Source of the DNA: Thiobacillus sp. | GTDB lineage: Bacteria; Pseudomonadota; Gammaproteobacteria; Burkholderiales; Thiobacillaceae | Direction of reading: 5' to 3' | Assembly: GCA_031426835.1 (NCBI GenBank) | Contig: JASJPF010000016.1 | Location: 24,023 to 88,022 of the forward strand | Length of the DNA stretch: 64,000 nt | Shown here: in pieces, positions 16,559-26,699 of the stretch | Numbering within the stretch: position 1 is the first letter of the stretch | How the letters are laid out: each line of letters starts with the position of its first letter | Notes under the pieces: model-generated | What the model was told of the DNA's origin: nothing | The model's database searches: none | What the model saw: only the letters and a program-made list of their open reading frames with translations | Position numbers and translations under genes: made by a program

Positions 16559-18871
16559 TCAGCGAATCGACAGACGATCGTCGAGAATGCGCGGTGTGAT
16601 AAAGATAATCAGCTCGGTTTTGCTGTTTTCCTTGCTTGTGGTCTTGAACAGGTTGCCGAACACTGGAATATCCCCCAACAGCGGCACCTTGCTGACAGAT
16701 GAGCTTTCCTCACCATCGAAAATGCCGCCCAAAACCAGGGTCTCTCCATTGTTCACCCGCACCTGGGTCTTGACCCGCTTGGTGTCGATTGCGGGGATAC
16801 CTGTAATTTCCGGGATATTGCGCACGGCGTCTTTTTGCACTTCGACCGTCAGAATGATCGAATCGTTGTTAAGAATTTGCGGGTCAACCAGCAAGCATAG
16901 GAAAGCGTCCTTGAATGTGACTGTTTGAGTTACCCCACCGCCCGCACTTACCGTGGTTGTGACGTACGGTATTTGCGTGCCGTTAAGAATTACCGCCGGC
17001 CTCTGATTGGACGTCAGCACACGGGGATTGGAAATCACCTTCCCCTTGTTGTCCGCTTCCAGCGCACGCAACTCCAGGCTCAGAAGGTTGCCGTTGGCGA
17101 GATTCAGCAAGGACAAGGCCAGATTAGCAGCGCCCGGCACGTCCAACGAGGATGGCAGCGCCTGTCCGCTAGCCGAAGGGTTCGCACTGGAAGGTACCCC
17201 CCCAATCTGATGACCCAAAACACTTCTCTGCGGTGCCTTGGTCATCTGAAATCCCAAGCGCGCGCCCAGATCACGGCTCCAGCCATCGGTCGCGACCACC
17301 ACCCGCGCCTCGATCATGACCTGGCGCGCAGGCACGTCCAGACGTGCGAGCAGTTCGCGCACTTCCTGAATCTTGCGCGCCGTGTCGGTGATGATCAGCG
17401 TGTTGGTTTTCAGCTCATAGGTCGCACGGCCGCGCTTGGTCAGGACTTTCTGGTCGTTTTCTCCCTGGCCTTTCTGCGAGGCCTGTGCCGCAGCCGCACC
17501 GCCCAGACCCTGCGCCTGCGCCGAGCAGTTCACCGAGTTGTTACCGGCAGAGGCGAGGAAGGCGCCGGATGCGAAGCCGTACAGCATGGTTTGCGCTTCA
17601 TCCGCCCGCATGTAGTTCATCTGGATGTATTCGGTGGTCAGAGGTTCCAGATCGGCCACAGCCGACTTGGCTTCGAACTCCAGTTTCTCTCTGGTCATCA
17701 GTTCGTCCTTGGGCGCGATCCAGATCACGTTTCCGTTCTGGCGCTTGTCCAGGCCCTTGCTCTGCATGATGAGGTCGAGCGCCTGATCCCACGGCACGTC
17801 TTTCAGGCGCAATGTCAGGTTGCCATTTACGGTATCGCTGGCAATGATGTTGAGGCCGGTGAAGTCGGCGATGACCTGCAGCACCGAGCGCACTTCGACA
17901 TTCTGGAAATTGAGCGAGAGCTTTTCGCCGACGTATTTGACCTTGCCGTCAGCGGTCTTTTTCTGGGCATCATCACTCTGTTTGACTTCAACAATGAAGC
18001 TGTTGTCAGTCTGATAGGCCGAATACTCCCAGCCGCCTTTGGGCTGTATCACCATGCGGGTGTTATCACCCAATGTATACGTCTCAACGGTTTGCACCGG
18101 AGTGCCGAAGTCAGCCACATCAAGGCGTCGTTGCAACGCTCTGGGCAGCTCCGCACCGATAAAGTCAACCACGATGCCATTGGCTTGCTGACGAATATTG
18201 ATGCCGGTCTGTGCATCAGACAATGTCGTCACAATGCGCGCTTCACCAGCTCCACCACGACGGAAATCAATGTCACGGATAGTATGGGAAGCCGCACCTG
18301 GCGCAGCTTCGGCGAAGCGGGGGCTCACATTTGCCGGCGCTGCGCCCGCGCTGAGATTGCCCAACGCGACGATCAAGGTTTTGCCTTCAATCTTCGCGTC
18401 GTATTCAACCGACTTATTCAAATTAAGCACGAGGCGAGTACGTGTCCCTGCCTGCACCACGTTCACGCTCGTAAGCGGCCCCAAATTGGCTTCAACCGTA
18501 TTGCGCCCCATCGCATTCCCCGTGTCCGGCAGATCAAGCGCGATACGTGGGGGGTTACCGACCGTAAATCCGGCAGGCTCCGCGGTCAGCGCTTTCTTGA
18601 GGGTCACGCGCACCACCACTTTGCCGCCTGGCAGCGTGGTGGTTTCAACGTTCTGTACCGCGTTACCGGTGGGCGGCATGTCAGCCGCGTGTACCGCAAG
18701 CGGAAGCACCAAGCCTGTGAGCAGGGCCATCCCGATCAGTTGACGGTACATACGATCTTTCACGCGCTTCAGCTTGTAGAAAGTCGGAGTACCCAAAAAG
18801 GGCATTGAGATCCCCTTGTGGGACAGTTTCTGGGCAATGCTACGAACAATGGTTTTGGGCAATGCGTTCAT
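16559..18871 (-). CDS. pilQ: Type IV pilus secretin PilQ
   Basis: 770 aa with AMIN-like N-terminal repeats and a C-terminal secretin domain (VPLLGDIPVFGNLFK). ATG at 18871 is preceded by AAGAGG. A later start (MYRQLIGMALL) is possible. Confidence 0.92.
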   Translation of the reverse strand: MNALPKTIVRSIAQKLSHKGISMPFLGTPTFYKLKRVKDRMYRQLIGMALLTGLVLPLAVHAADMPPTGNAVQNVETTTLPGGKVVVRVTLKKALTAEPAGFTVGNPPRIALDLPDTGNAMGRNTVEANLGPLTSVNVVQAGTRTRLVLNLNKSVEYDAKIEGKTLIVALGNLSAGAAPANVSPRFAEAAPGAASHTIRDIDFRRGGAGEARIVTTLSDAQTGINIRQQANGIVVDFIGAELPRALQRRLDVADFGTPVQTVETYTLGDNTRMVIQPKGGWEYSAYQTDNSFIVEVKQSDDAQKKTADGKVKYVGEKLSLNFQNVEVRSVLQVIADFTGLNIIASDTVNGNLTLRLKDVPWDQALDLIMQSKGLDKRQNGNVIWIAPKDELMTREKLEFEAKSAVADLEPLTTEYIQMNYMRADEAQTMLYGFASGAFLASAGNNSVNCSAQAQGLGGAAAAQASQKGQGENDQKVLTKRGRATYELKTNTLIITDTARKIQEVRELLARLDVPARQVMIEARVVVATDGWSRDLGARLGFQMTKAPQRSVLGHQIGGVPSSANPSASGQALPSSLDVPGAANLALSLLNLANGNLLSLELRALEADNKGKVISNPRVLTSNQRPAVILNGTQIPYVTTTVSAGGGVTQTVTFKDAFLCLLVDPQILNNDSIILTVEVQKDAVRNIPEITGIPAIDTKRVKTQVRVNNGETLVLGGIFDGEESSSVSKVPLLGDIPVFGNLFKTTSKENSKTELIIFITPRILDDRLSIR

Positions 18872-18902
18872 GTCAGCCTCTTTAGATATTCAGTACTACA
18901 AA

Positions 18903-19400
18903 TCATTCTTGCAAAATCAGGGTGCTGGTGCGTTCGGACCAATCTCCGGCGCTATCCTGAACAATCTCACGCAAAGAAACTTCTCTATCGCTAATCTGCG
19001 TGACGAGACCAAAGTTCTGGCCCACATAATTGCCTTTTTTGACGTGATAAATCGCTTTATCAGGGGTCAAGATCACAGCGTGGATTACCCCGCGTTTCGA
19101 CAACATCCCGACCATTTTCAGCGTTTCCAGTGAAAATGCTTCCAAAGGTTCTTTGGGTCGGTTCAAGTCGGGCTGCATCCCCCCGCCTCCCCCGCTTGAC
19201 AGCTTTCTGGGCTTGAATGGATCGGGCAGATCAAAGGCATTGTAAGTAAACGGTTCAAATGCCTTGACTTCAGGCAGCGGCTCAATTTTCCCTTGCATAT
19301 CCTTGCCCGTTTCATCAACGAAGGCCCGCAAATCGTCCATTCCGCCGCCACCGCAGCCGGTCAGGCTTAACACAAATACCATACTGGCCAGGCGCTTCAT
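18903..19400 (-). CDS. pilP: Type IV pilus lipoprotein PilP
   Basis: Lipobox LSLTGCGGGG. Position between pilO and pilQ. Confidence 0.85.
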   Translation of the reverse strand: MKRLASMVFVLSLTGCGGGGMDDLRAFVDETGKDMQGKIEPLPEVKAFEPFTYNAFDLPDPFKPRKLSSGGGGGMQPDLNRPKEPLEAFSLETLKMVGMLSKRGVIHAVILTPDKAIYHVKKGNYVGQNFGLVTQISDREVSLREIVQDSAGDWSERTSTLILQE

Positions 19401-20017
19401 TTCGCTTGCTCCTTGGCTTTCTGCTTACGGGAAATGAGTTCTTCGTCGTCCAGATAGCGATACGTTCTGACAACTGCGTCCATATTCATCACGCCATCCT
19501 TGGCCGGATTCATCTTGATATCGTGCAGCGTCACGATTCGGGACAGTTTCGAGACGTCACTCACGAAAGCGGCAATGTCATGGTAACCCCCGGTCACTTT
19601 GACGCTGATCGGTGTTTCGGCATAAAACTCGGAAACGGTTTCCGCCGCGGGTCTGAACAATTCAAACTGCAAACCCCGTCCCAAACCCGCCTGGTTCACA
19701 TCGGTGATCAGCGCATCCATTTCCTGTTTATTCGGAAGCTGTTTCAATAGGGCACCAAACGCCTGCTCGATATCCACCAACTGTTTCGTGTAGGCCTCCA
19801 GATTAATAGCCTGATTTTTCTTGGTGGTAAACACGGCTCTCAGTTCGGTTTCCTTTTGCTTGGTCACATCCAGTGCTTCCATGTTGCCGCGCCAAACAAA
19901 CCACCAGCCCGCCGTCACAATGGCCACGCACAACACCGCCAGCGCCACCAGCTTGGTCGCTAACGGCCAGTCCGCCAAAGTTTTTAGATCAAGATTGTTG
20001 AGGTCGTCCAGGGTCAT
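19397..20017 (-). CDS. pilO: Type IV pilus assembly protein PilO
   Basis: 206 aa, single TM plus a coiled region. 4-nt overlaps with pilN and pilP. Confidence 0.85.
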   Translation of the reverse strand: MTLDDLNNLDLKTLADWPLATKLVALAVLCVAIVTAGWWFVWRGNMEALDVTKQKETELRAVFTTKKNQAINLEAYTKQLVDIEQAFGALLKQLPNKQEMDALITDVNQAGLGRGLQFELFRPAAETVSEFYAETPISVKVTGGYHDIAAFVSDVSKLSRIVTLHDIKMNPAKDGVMNMDAVVRTYRYLDDEELISRKQKAKEQAK

Positions 20018-20592
20018 GCTTTGCCCCCCTTGTTCTGCGTATCTGTGGTTTGTTGTGGTGTTTGCTTGACCGTCAGGACAAACTCGTTGGCACGCAGGTT
20101 ATTGACCGTAGCCGACTTGATTTCGACCAAATTGACCGAATCAAACCAGGGTGAACTCTCCAGATTCCGCATCAGCGTGGAAACGCGCGCGCTCGATTGG
20201 GTATAGCCGCTCAGCGTAACCACATTCCCGGATTGACTGAAAGAGTTAAGGTACAAGCCCTCTGGCAGCAGCCGTATCATCTGGTCAAACAAATGCACCA
20301 CTTCTGTACGATTGGATTGCAAGGTTTCAACAACTTGTTTACGCGCCAGCAACGCCTGGGTTTGTTCGCGAATTTTCTTGATTTCGCTGATCTGGATATC
20401 GAGTTTGGCGATTTCCTGATCAAGGAACGCATTCCGCGCATCCTGCGTCGACTGGCTCGCAGCGATAAAACTGTGGCCGAGCAGAACAATGAAGACACCC
20501 GCGGCGACAGCCATGCCGAGAAGAATGTTGAACTGGCGCCGCCGAGCCGCGCGCGCAAGTTCTCGGTGAGGGAGAAGGTTAATCCGAATCAT
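20014..20592 (-). CDS. pilN: Type IV pilus assembly protein PilN
   Basis: MIRINLLPHRE N-terminus, single TM. Confidence 0.87.
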   Translation of the reverse strand: MIRINLLPHRELARAARRRQFNILLGMAVAAGVFIVLLGHSFIAASQSTQDARNAFLDQEIAKLDIQISEIKKIREQTQALLARKQVVETLQSNRTEVVHLFDQMIRLLPEGLYLNSFSQSGNVVTLSGYTQSSARVSTLMRNLESSPWFDSVNLVEIKSATVNNLRANEFVLTVKQTPQQTTDTQNKGGKA

Positions 20593-21677
20593 TGGGGGTC
20601 AAACCTCCGCATGGCGAGGCCGCAGGCGACAAACAAGGACGGGGCATCGGCAGTCAGCGCCTGGGGCTTGATTTTCGAGCCGACCGCCATATTGGCAAAC
20701 GGATTGACGACCAGTGTCGGCATTCCAATGCGTTGTCCGACGACCGCATCAATGCCCGGGATCATGGCGCCGCCACCTGCCAGCAAAACCTGATCGACCT
20801 TGCGATATTGTGTGGATGTCGTAAAAAGTTGCAGTGCCCGGCCGATTTCCATTGCCAGGGTCTCACCGTAGGGCTGCAGCACTTCGACGTCATAAGTTTC
20901 TGGCAGCGTTCCCTTGCGCTTGGCATTTTCAGCCTCTTCGCTGGTCATGCCATAACGTCGCGAAATTTCATTGTTGAGCTGGTTGCCGCCAAACCCGTGT
21001 TCGCGCAGGTAAACCGACTCGTTGTCATGGAGAATGTTGATGTGCATGTTCTGCGCACCGATATCGATGATTGCTACGGTCTGGCCGGCACCGCCACTTG
21101 GAAGCAGGTGGGATATTTGCTCATAAGCCGTTTGCGAAGCAAACGACTCGACATCCATGATGAGGGCCGTCAGTCCAGCCGCCTCAGCCACCGCCACGCG
21201 ATCTTCGACTTTTTCCTTGCGCGCAGCGGCAAGCAGTATTTGCACGTCATCAGGACTGCCGGGCGAGGCGCCAAGCACCTGGAAGTCCAGATTCACTTCA
21301 TCCAGCGAGAAAGGAATCACCTGATTGGCCTCGGCTTCGACCTGGTTTTCCAAGTCCAGTCCTTTCAGGCTGGCGGGTGCCAGAATCTTCTTGGTGATCA
21401 CAGCGGATGAAGGCAACGCAAGCGCAACGTTCTTGATCCGTGAGCCCAGGTTTTTCCAGGCGGTGCGCAGCGTGTCAGCCACTTGATCGAGGTTGGCGAT
21501 ATTGCCATCCATCACCGCATCCTTGGGCAAGGGCTCGATAATATAGCGCTCGATCCGCAGCATCCCTTTGCCGGCATCGGACAATTCCACCAGCTTGACC
21601 GCAGTCGTGCTGATGTCCAGTCCAATGATCGGCAAGCCTTTGGCAGACAGCCAATCCACGTTGATATTCAGGTGCAA
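20589..21677 (-). CDS. pilM: Type IV pilus assembly ATPase-like protein PilM
   Basis: 362 aa actin-like fold (IGLDISTTAVKLVEL, IIDIGAQNM). First gene of pilMNOPQ. Confidence 0.93.
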   Translation of the reverse strand: MHLNINVDWLSAKGLPIIGLDISTTAVKLVELSDAGKGMLRIERYIIEPLPKDAVMDGNIANLDQVADTLRTAWKNLGSRIKNVALALPSSAVITKKILAPASLKGLDLENQVEAEANQVIPFSLDEVNLDFQVLGASPGSPDDVQILLAAARKEKVEDRVAVAEAAGLTALIMDVESFASQTAYEQISHLLPSGGAGQTVAIIDIGAQNMHINILHDNESVYLREHGFGGNQLNNEISRRYGMTSEEAENAKRKGTLPETYDVEVLQPYGETLAMEIGRALQLFTTSTQYRKVDQVLLAGGGAMIPGIDAVVGQRIGMPTLVVNPFANMAVGSKIKPQALTADAPSLFVACGLAMRRFDPQ

Positions 21678-22053
21678 GAGTTTTCCTTTACGCTTCGGTG
21701 AGTTGGCGCTGTTTCTTAGTGTTATTTTGAGATGCTAGCAACAACACACGGTTTTTAACAGTTTTTTTCTCGCCACGCTGCAAGAGTTGAACACATGTGT
21801 CCAATTTCCAACACCACTAACGCCTATAATCGGCGGAAACTTTAGGCACGCTGTTTCATTTCAGCGCCAAGGCGTTTGAGTCAGGATGGCAGCTTGCCTT
21901 ACAGTACAAGGCAAGCAATGCGCTTTAATTGCAGCAAACATCAATTCAAACAGCGGGTTATTGAGATGAATCCGCTGCACATCCCCAGACGGGACCGGGT
22001 CAATCGGCGCAAGTTATCTGGGGATTTCTGCCATCTCAGCAATAAGGAACCCG

Positions 22054-24636
22054 ATGTTTTCGAAATGGTGGCATTACGCAATCGCCCTGGCTGTTAGTTT
22101 GGGCGTGGTGGGTACGGCACTGGCAGGATTGGCTGCCGCACTGATCTATCCCAACCTTCCGCCACTTGAGGCGCTGACCGACTACAAACCCAAGCTCCCA
22201 CTGCGGGTATACACCTCGGATGGCGCGTTGATTGGCGAATTCGGCGAGGAGCGACGCGCCTTCATCACCATCGACAAGGTGCCCGACTACATGAAGCAGG
22301 CCATCATCGCCGCCGAGGATGAGCGCTTCTATTCCCACGGCGGCGTGGATACGCTGGGCGTGCTGCGCGCAGCCGCATCAAACCTGATGTCCGGCGGCGC
22401 CAAGGAAGGCGCATCGACCATCACCATGCAGGTCGCACGCAATTTCTTTCTGTCGAACGAGAAAACGCTGACCCGCAAGCTGTCCGAAGCCATGCTGGCG
22501 ATGAAAATCGAACACAATTTATCGAAGGACAAGATTCTCGAGCTCTACATCAACCAGATCTATCTTGGTCAGCGCGCCTACGGTTTTGAGGCTGCCGCAC
22601 GTGCTTACTTCGGAAAAACCATGCGCGAGTTGTCACTCGCCGAGTTCGCCATGTTGGCGGGGCTGCCCAAGGCGCCCTCACGCTACAATCCGGTGGTTAA
22701 CTTTCCGCGCGCAAAGTCACGCCAGGAATATGTGCTCAAACGCATGCGCACACTCAAATTCATCGACCAGCCAACCTGGCAAGCCGCCGTCAACCAAAAA
22801 CTGGTGATCCGCCAGACACGTCAGCAAACGGATGTGACCGCTGACTACGCGGCAGAAATGGTGCGCCAAACCCTGTTCGAAAAGTACGGCGAATCCATCT
22901 ACAGTACGGGCATCAAAGTCGTAACCACATTGAAAAAGGCGCAACAAGCCTCCGCCAATCAGGCGGTGTGGCAGGGCATCGCCGATTACGATCTGCGCCA
23001 TGGTTATCGCGGACCGGATAAACAGATCAGCCTGCCTGCCGACAAGGCCGCACGAGACGCAGCCATCGTTGATCTGCTGGATGACATCGCCCCTGTCAGC
23101 GACTTGTTGCCAGCCGTCGTCCTCGGCGCTACGCCCAAACAAATCCGTGCGCAGCTACATGACGGAACCGTAGTTGAGATAACAGGCAACTCGCTCAAGT
23201 GGGTCGCGAACTGGGCTGCCGGCAAGAAAGGGCGTCAGCTTGAGCCGGGTGCAGTGGTGCGCGTGCAATTAGCCGGCAGCAAATCGCAATGGCGGCTGGC
23301 ACAACTACCGGAAGTGGAAGCGGCACTGGTTGCGGTAAATCCCGAAGACGGCGCCATTACGGCACTGGTCGGCGGATTTGATTTCAACCGCAATAAATTC
23401 AACCGTGTGACCCAGGCATGGCGTCAACCGGGCTCAAGCTTCAAGCCGTTCATCTATTCGGCCGCGCTGGAAAAAGGCCTGACTCCGGCCTCGATGATCG
23501 ACAACGCACCCATCTCGCTCACAGCCGAAGAAGCCGGCGGTACCGCTTGGGAACCCAAAAACTACGACAGCAGCAGCGGTGAACCCGTGCGCATACGCAC
23601 GGCACTCACCAAGTCGCTTAACCTGGTTTCTGTGCGTATTTTGCAAGCCATCGGACCCTATTACGCACGCGACTATATCCGCCGTTTTGGCTTTGATCCG
23701 GCACGCCACCCGCCTTACCTGACCATGGCGCTGGGCGCGGGCAGCGTCACGCCGCTGCAGATGGCTGCGGCTTATGGGGTATTCGCCAACGGCGGTTTCA
23801 GCGTTAACCCTTATCTCATAGACAAAGTGTATGACAAGAACGGACGCCTGCTGATGCAATCCAGCCCGCAAAAAGTGGGGGGGAACGCCCCGCGGGTGAT
23901 CGATCCGCGCAATGCCTGGCTCATGACCAACATGATGCAGGATGTGGTCCGCTATGGCACCGCCGCCCGCGCGGGCCAGTTGGGCCGCAGCGACATTGCA
24001 GGCAAAACGGGCACCACCAATGATGCGCGCGACACCTGGTTCGCGGGTTTCAGCCCTGATCTGGTAGCGATCGCATGGATGGGTTACGACCAGCCGCGCT
24101 CACTGGGTCGTAGCGAAACTGGCTCACAGTCGGCCCTGCCGATATGGATGAATTTCATGGGGACCGCACTCAAAGGCGTCCCACAAAAAGGCTGGGCCAT
24201 GCCTGGCGGCATCATTTCGGCGCAAATCGATCCCGATACGGGTACACGTGTATCCGAGTCGGTGATCGACACGGTGCTAGGCATTGCCAGGCCCAGCATG
24301 ACGGAATATTTTTATCAGGAATTTCCGCCTCCCGATGCGTCAGCGGTGGAATGGAACACCGAATCCGATGATTTCGCCGTGCCCGGTCAAGTTGCCGAGC
24401 CCGCCATTGCGGAAAAATCCACGCCCGCGGTTCCATCCGTTCAGGTTCCCGTTACGACGACCAAACCCACTCAGGTAGTTCCCGGAAATGTCGCCCCCGT
24501 CATCCCGGCCAAACCTGCACTTACCCCGCCGTCAAAACCCGCACCCACATTGCCGCCTAACCAGGCCCCAGCCGGGATCAAACCGTCGCCGGGCACGCCG
24601 ACCAAAGCGCCGGTTACCGTCGGCACGCCCATATGA
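22054..24636 (+). CDS. mrcA: Penicillin-binding protein 1A (bifunctional glycosyltransferase/transpeptidase)
   Basis: EDERFYSHGG and RKLSEA (GT51); SSFKP, KTGTTN (transpeptidase). Pro-rich C-terminal tail. Divergent from pilM. Confidence 0.95.
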   Translation: MFSKWWHYAIALAVSLGVVGTALAGLAAALIYPNLPPLEALTDYKPKLPLRVYTSDGALIGEFGEERRAFITIDKVPDYMKQAIIAAEDERFYSHGGVDTLGVLRAAASNLMSGGAKEGASTITMQVARNFFLSNEKTLTRKLSEAMLAMKIEHNLSKDKILELYINQIYLGQRAYGFEAAARAYFGKTMRELSLAEFAMLAGLPKAPSRYNPVVNFPRAKSRQEYVLKRMRTLKFIDQPTWQAAVNQKLVIRQTRQQTDVTADYAAEMVRQTLFEKYGESIYSTGIKVVTTLKKAQQASANQAVWQGIADYDLRHGYRGPDKQISLPADKAARDAAIVDLLDDIAPVSDLLPAVVLGATPKQIRAQLHDGTVVEITGNSLKWVANWAAGKKGRQLEPGAVVRVQLAGSKSQWRLAQLPEVEAALVAVNPEDGAITALVGGFDFNRNKFNRVTQAWRQPGSSFKPFIYSAALEKGLTPASMIDNAPISLTAEEAGGTAWEPKNYDSSSGEPVRIRTALTKSLNLVSVRILQAIGPYYARDYIRRFGFDPARHPPYLTMALGAGSVTPLQMAAAYGVFANGGFSVNPYLIDKVYDKNGRLLMQSSPQKVGGNAPRVIDPRNAWLMTNMMQDVVRYGTAARAGQLGRSDIAGKTGTTNDARDTWFAGFSPDLVAIAWMGYDQPRSLGRSETGSQSALPIWMNFMGTALKGVPQKGWAMPGGIISAQIDPDTGTRVSESVIDTVLGIARPSMTEYFYQEFPPPDASAVEWNTESDDFAVPGQVAEPAIAEKSTPAVPSVQVPVTTTKPTQVVPGNVAPVIPAKPALTPPSKPAPTLPPNQAPAGIKPSPGTPTKAPVTVGTPI

Positions 24637-25208
24637 AAAACCAGGACATGCGTCGCCGCATTGCACATGTGGCGGCACGCATACTGGCAGAAGATGGAAG
24701 CCTGGATTACGGCAGTGCCAAACGCAAGGCTGCGCGCCAGTTAGGCGCGCCCGACAGTGACAACCTGCCCGACAATCAGCAGATCGATGAGGCGTTGCGG
24801 AGCTATCAAGCACTTTATCAGGCTGATGAAACGCGAACGCAGGTGACGTTGCTGCGCCAGGTCGCCATTGAATACATGGAACAGCTGGCGGAATTCGACC
24901 CGCATTTGACCGGCCCGGTACTCAACGGGACCGCGGGCAGAAACTCCGACATCAACCTGCAACTCTTCACCGATGACCAGAAAGAAGTCGAATTCCTGTT
25001 GATGCGCCTGACAACACCCTATCAGAGCGCCGAGTACAGAATCAGCGACACCCCCGGGAAGGTCTACCCACGCTTCATCATTCAAGACCCCCGCGCCCCG
25101 GTTGATCTGGTTGTTTATCCCGCCACCGACCTGCGTAGCATGAAGCGGTTGCAGGCAGACGGCAGGCCGCGCCGGCTGCGCCTGACCCAAGTGCGGGCCT
25201 TGAATTGA
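24633..25208 (+). CDS. Conserved hypothetical protein, possible degenerate minimal nucleotidyltransferase fold
   Basis: 191 aa with an ATGA overlap with the mrcA stop. The segment GPVLNGTAGRNSDINLQLF resembles the G-x-G...D-x-D NTase motif but has D-I-N. Confidence 0.45.
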   Translation: MKNQDMRRRIAHVAARILAEDGSLDYGSAKRKAARQLGAPDSDNLPDNQQIDEALRSYQALYQADETRTQVTLLRQVAIEYMEQLAEFDPHLTGPVLNGTAGRNSDINLQLFTDDQKEVEFLLMRLTTPYQSAEYRISDTPGKVYPRFIIQDPRAPVDLVVYPATDLRSMKRLQADGRPRRLRLTQVRALN

Positions 25209-25230
25209 TCTGCGCGCCGAATAGCCGTGC

Positions 25231-25246
25231 TGGCATGGATGATGCT
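25231..25246 (+). promoter_or_regulatory. Sigma-54 (-24/-12) promoter in front of the sugar transferase-prsK-prsR genes
   Basis: TGGCATGGATGATGCT in canonical GG/GC register, 36 nt upstream of the GTG start at 25282. Confidence 0.55.
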
Positions 25247-25281
25247 GATCAGTTCCCCATGACTCAATTGAGCGAACGCCT

Positions 25282-26676
25282 GTGATCCGGTTCTTTCGGC
25301 ACTATGTGCCCCTTAATTTATTGATACTGGTATTGGTCGAAGCCCTGATATTGGGCGGCGCCATCTACGCGGGCGTCAGCGCGCGCTTTCTGGAAGTCGG
25401 GGCAATCCCGCCGGAATTAACCCCGCTGCTGCCCAAGGCCCTGACATTCACGGCAGTCATGCTGGGACTGATGACCGCCAGCGGCCTGTATGACCTTGAA
25501 TGGCAGGGCGGGGCGCGCGTATTGCTGCAACGCCTCAGCCTGTGTTTCGGCATTGGCTTGCTGGCCATGAGCCTGCTGTTTTACGTCTTCCCCGTCTTGC
25601 TGGTCGGCCGGGGAGCCTTTCTGCTTTCGTTTGGCCTGGCCCTGCTGGGCATCTTGCTAAGCCGCACGTTGTTCTTGCGCTGGTCGCGGGTGGGCGCGTT
25701 CAAGGCCCGGGCACTGGTTATTGGCACCGGCAGCCGCGCCGCCCAGATCGAAAGCCTGCTGACTGACCGCGGTCACGCCAGCAATACCGAGGTGATCGGC
25801 TATGTTCCCATGAGCGGGAGTCATCATTTCGTCGATCATGTCCGGATTCTCGACACCGAGGAATCCTTGTCCGACCTGGTTACCCGTCTGCAGATCAGTG
25901 AAATCATCCTGGCGGTGCGCGATCGCCGCGATGGTGGCATTCCCGTGCAGGACCTCCTTAGATGCAAGCTGCGCGGCATCCGCATCCTGGAATTGTCCAG
26001 CTTCTTCGAGCGCGAAAATGGTCATTTGCAACTCGATTCATTGAATGCCAGCTGGATGATTCTGGCTGAAGGCTTTCATCAGGGCATCTTGCGCGACACC
26101 ATCAAGCGCCTGTTTGACCTGGTGATCAGCGCGGCCCTGCTAACGGTAAGCCTGCCCGTCATGTTACTCACCGCTCTGATGATCAAACTGGAAAGCCCCG
26201 GGCCCGTGTTGTATCGTCAGGAACGCGTTGGACAAGGGGGCGACAATTTCACCATTTTCAAGTTTCGCAGCATGTGTGTCGATGCGGAAAAAGATGGGAA
26301 ACCCAGATGGGCGCGCCAAAATGACAGCCGGGTCACCTTTACCGGGCGATTTATCCGGCGTACGCGCATTGATGAACTGCCGCAGGTTTTCAACGTGTTC
26401 TTCGGCAACATGAGCTTTGTTGGACCGCGCCCCGAACGCCCCTATTTCGTGCAGGACCTGACCCAGAAGATTCCCTATTACGGCGTCCGTCACACGGTCA
26501 AACCCGGCATCACTGGCTGGGCACAAGTACGCTACCCCTACGGGGCAACCGACGAAGATGCCATGCACAAGCTTCAATATGACCTTTACTACGTCAAAAA
26601 CCACAGCCTGTTTCTCGACCTCATGATCCTGTTTCAGACCGCACAAGTGGTGTTGTGGGGAAAGGGCGTGCGCTAA
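25282..26676 (+). CDS. Polyprenyl-phosphate glycosyl-1-phosphate transferase (bacterial sugar transferase family; PEP-CTERM-system-associated EpsB-like type)
   Basis: MIRFFRHYVPLNLLILVLVEA N-terminus with multiple TMs. C-terminal catalytic domain: SPGPVLYRQERVG, FKFRSM, DELPQVFNVFFGNMSFVGPRP, GITGWAQV. Confidence 0.9.
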   Translation: MIRFFRHYVPLNLLILVLVEALILGGAIYAGVSARFLEVGAIPPELTPLLPKALTFTAVMLGLMTASGLYDLEWQGGARVLLQRLSLCFGIGLLAMSLLFYVFPVLLVGRGAFLLSFGLALLGILLSRTLFLRWSRVGAFKARALVIGTGSRAAQIESLLTDRGHASNTEVIGYVPMSGSHHFVDHVRILDTEESLSDLVTRLQISEIILAVRDRRDGGIPVQDLLRCKLRGIRILELSSFFERENGHLQLDSLNASWMILAEGFHQGILRDTIKRLFDLVISAALLTVSLPVMLLTALMIKLESPGPVLYRQERVGQGGDNFTIFKFRSMCVDAEKDGKPRWARQNDSRVTFTGRFIRRTRIDELPQVFNVFFGNMSFVGPRPERPYFVQDLTQKIPYYGVRHTVKPGITGWAQVRYPYGATDEDAMHKLQYDLYYVKNHSLFLDLMILFQTAQVVLWGKGVR

Positions 26677-26699
26677 TCGCGCGCCCCTGACGCGCCGCC

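Noticed and set aside
21892-21916. Hairpin GCTTGCCTT-acagtac-AAGGCAAGC in the pilM-mrcA divergent intergenic region, and the 73-aa ORF 21876-22097.
   Set aside because: The hairpin has no U-tract and no flanking promoter signal that I can support. The ORF has no SD or motif and overlaps the mrcA start, so it is noted only as unexplained structure.
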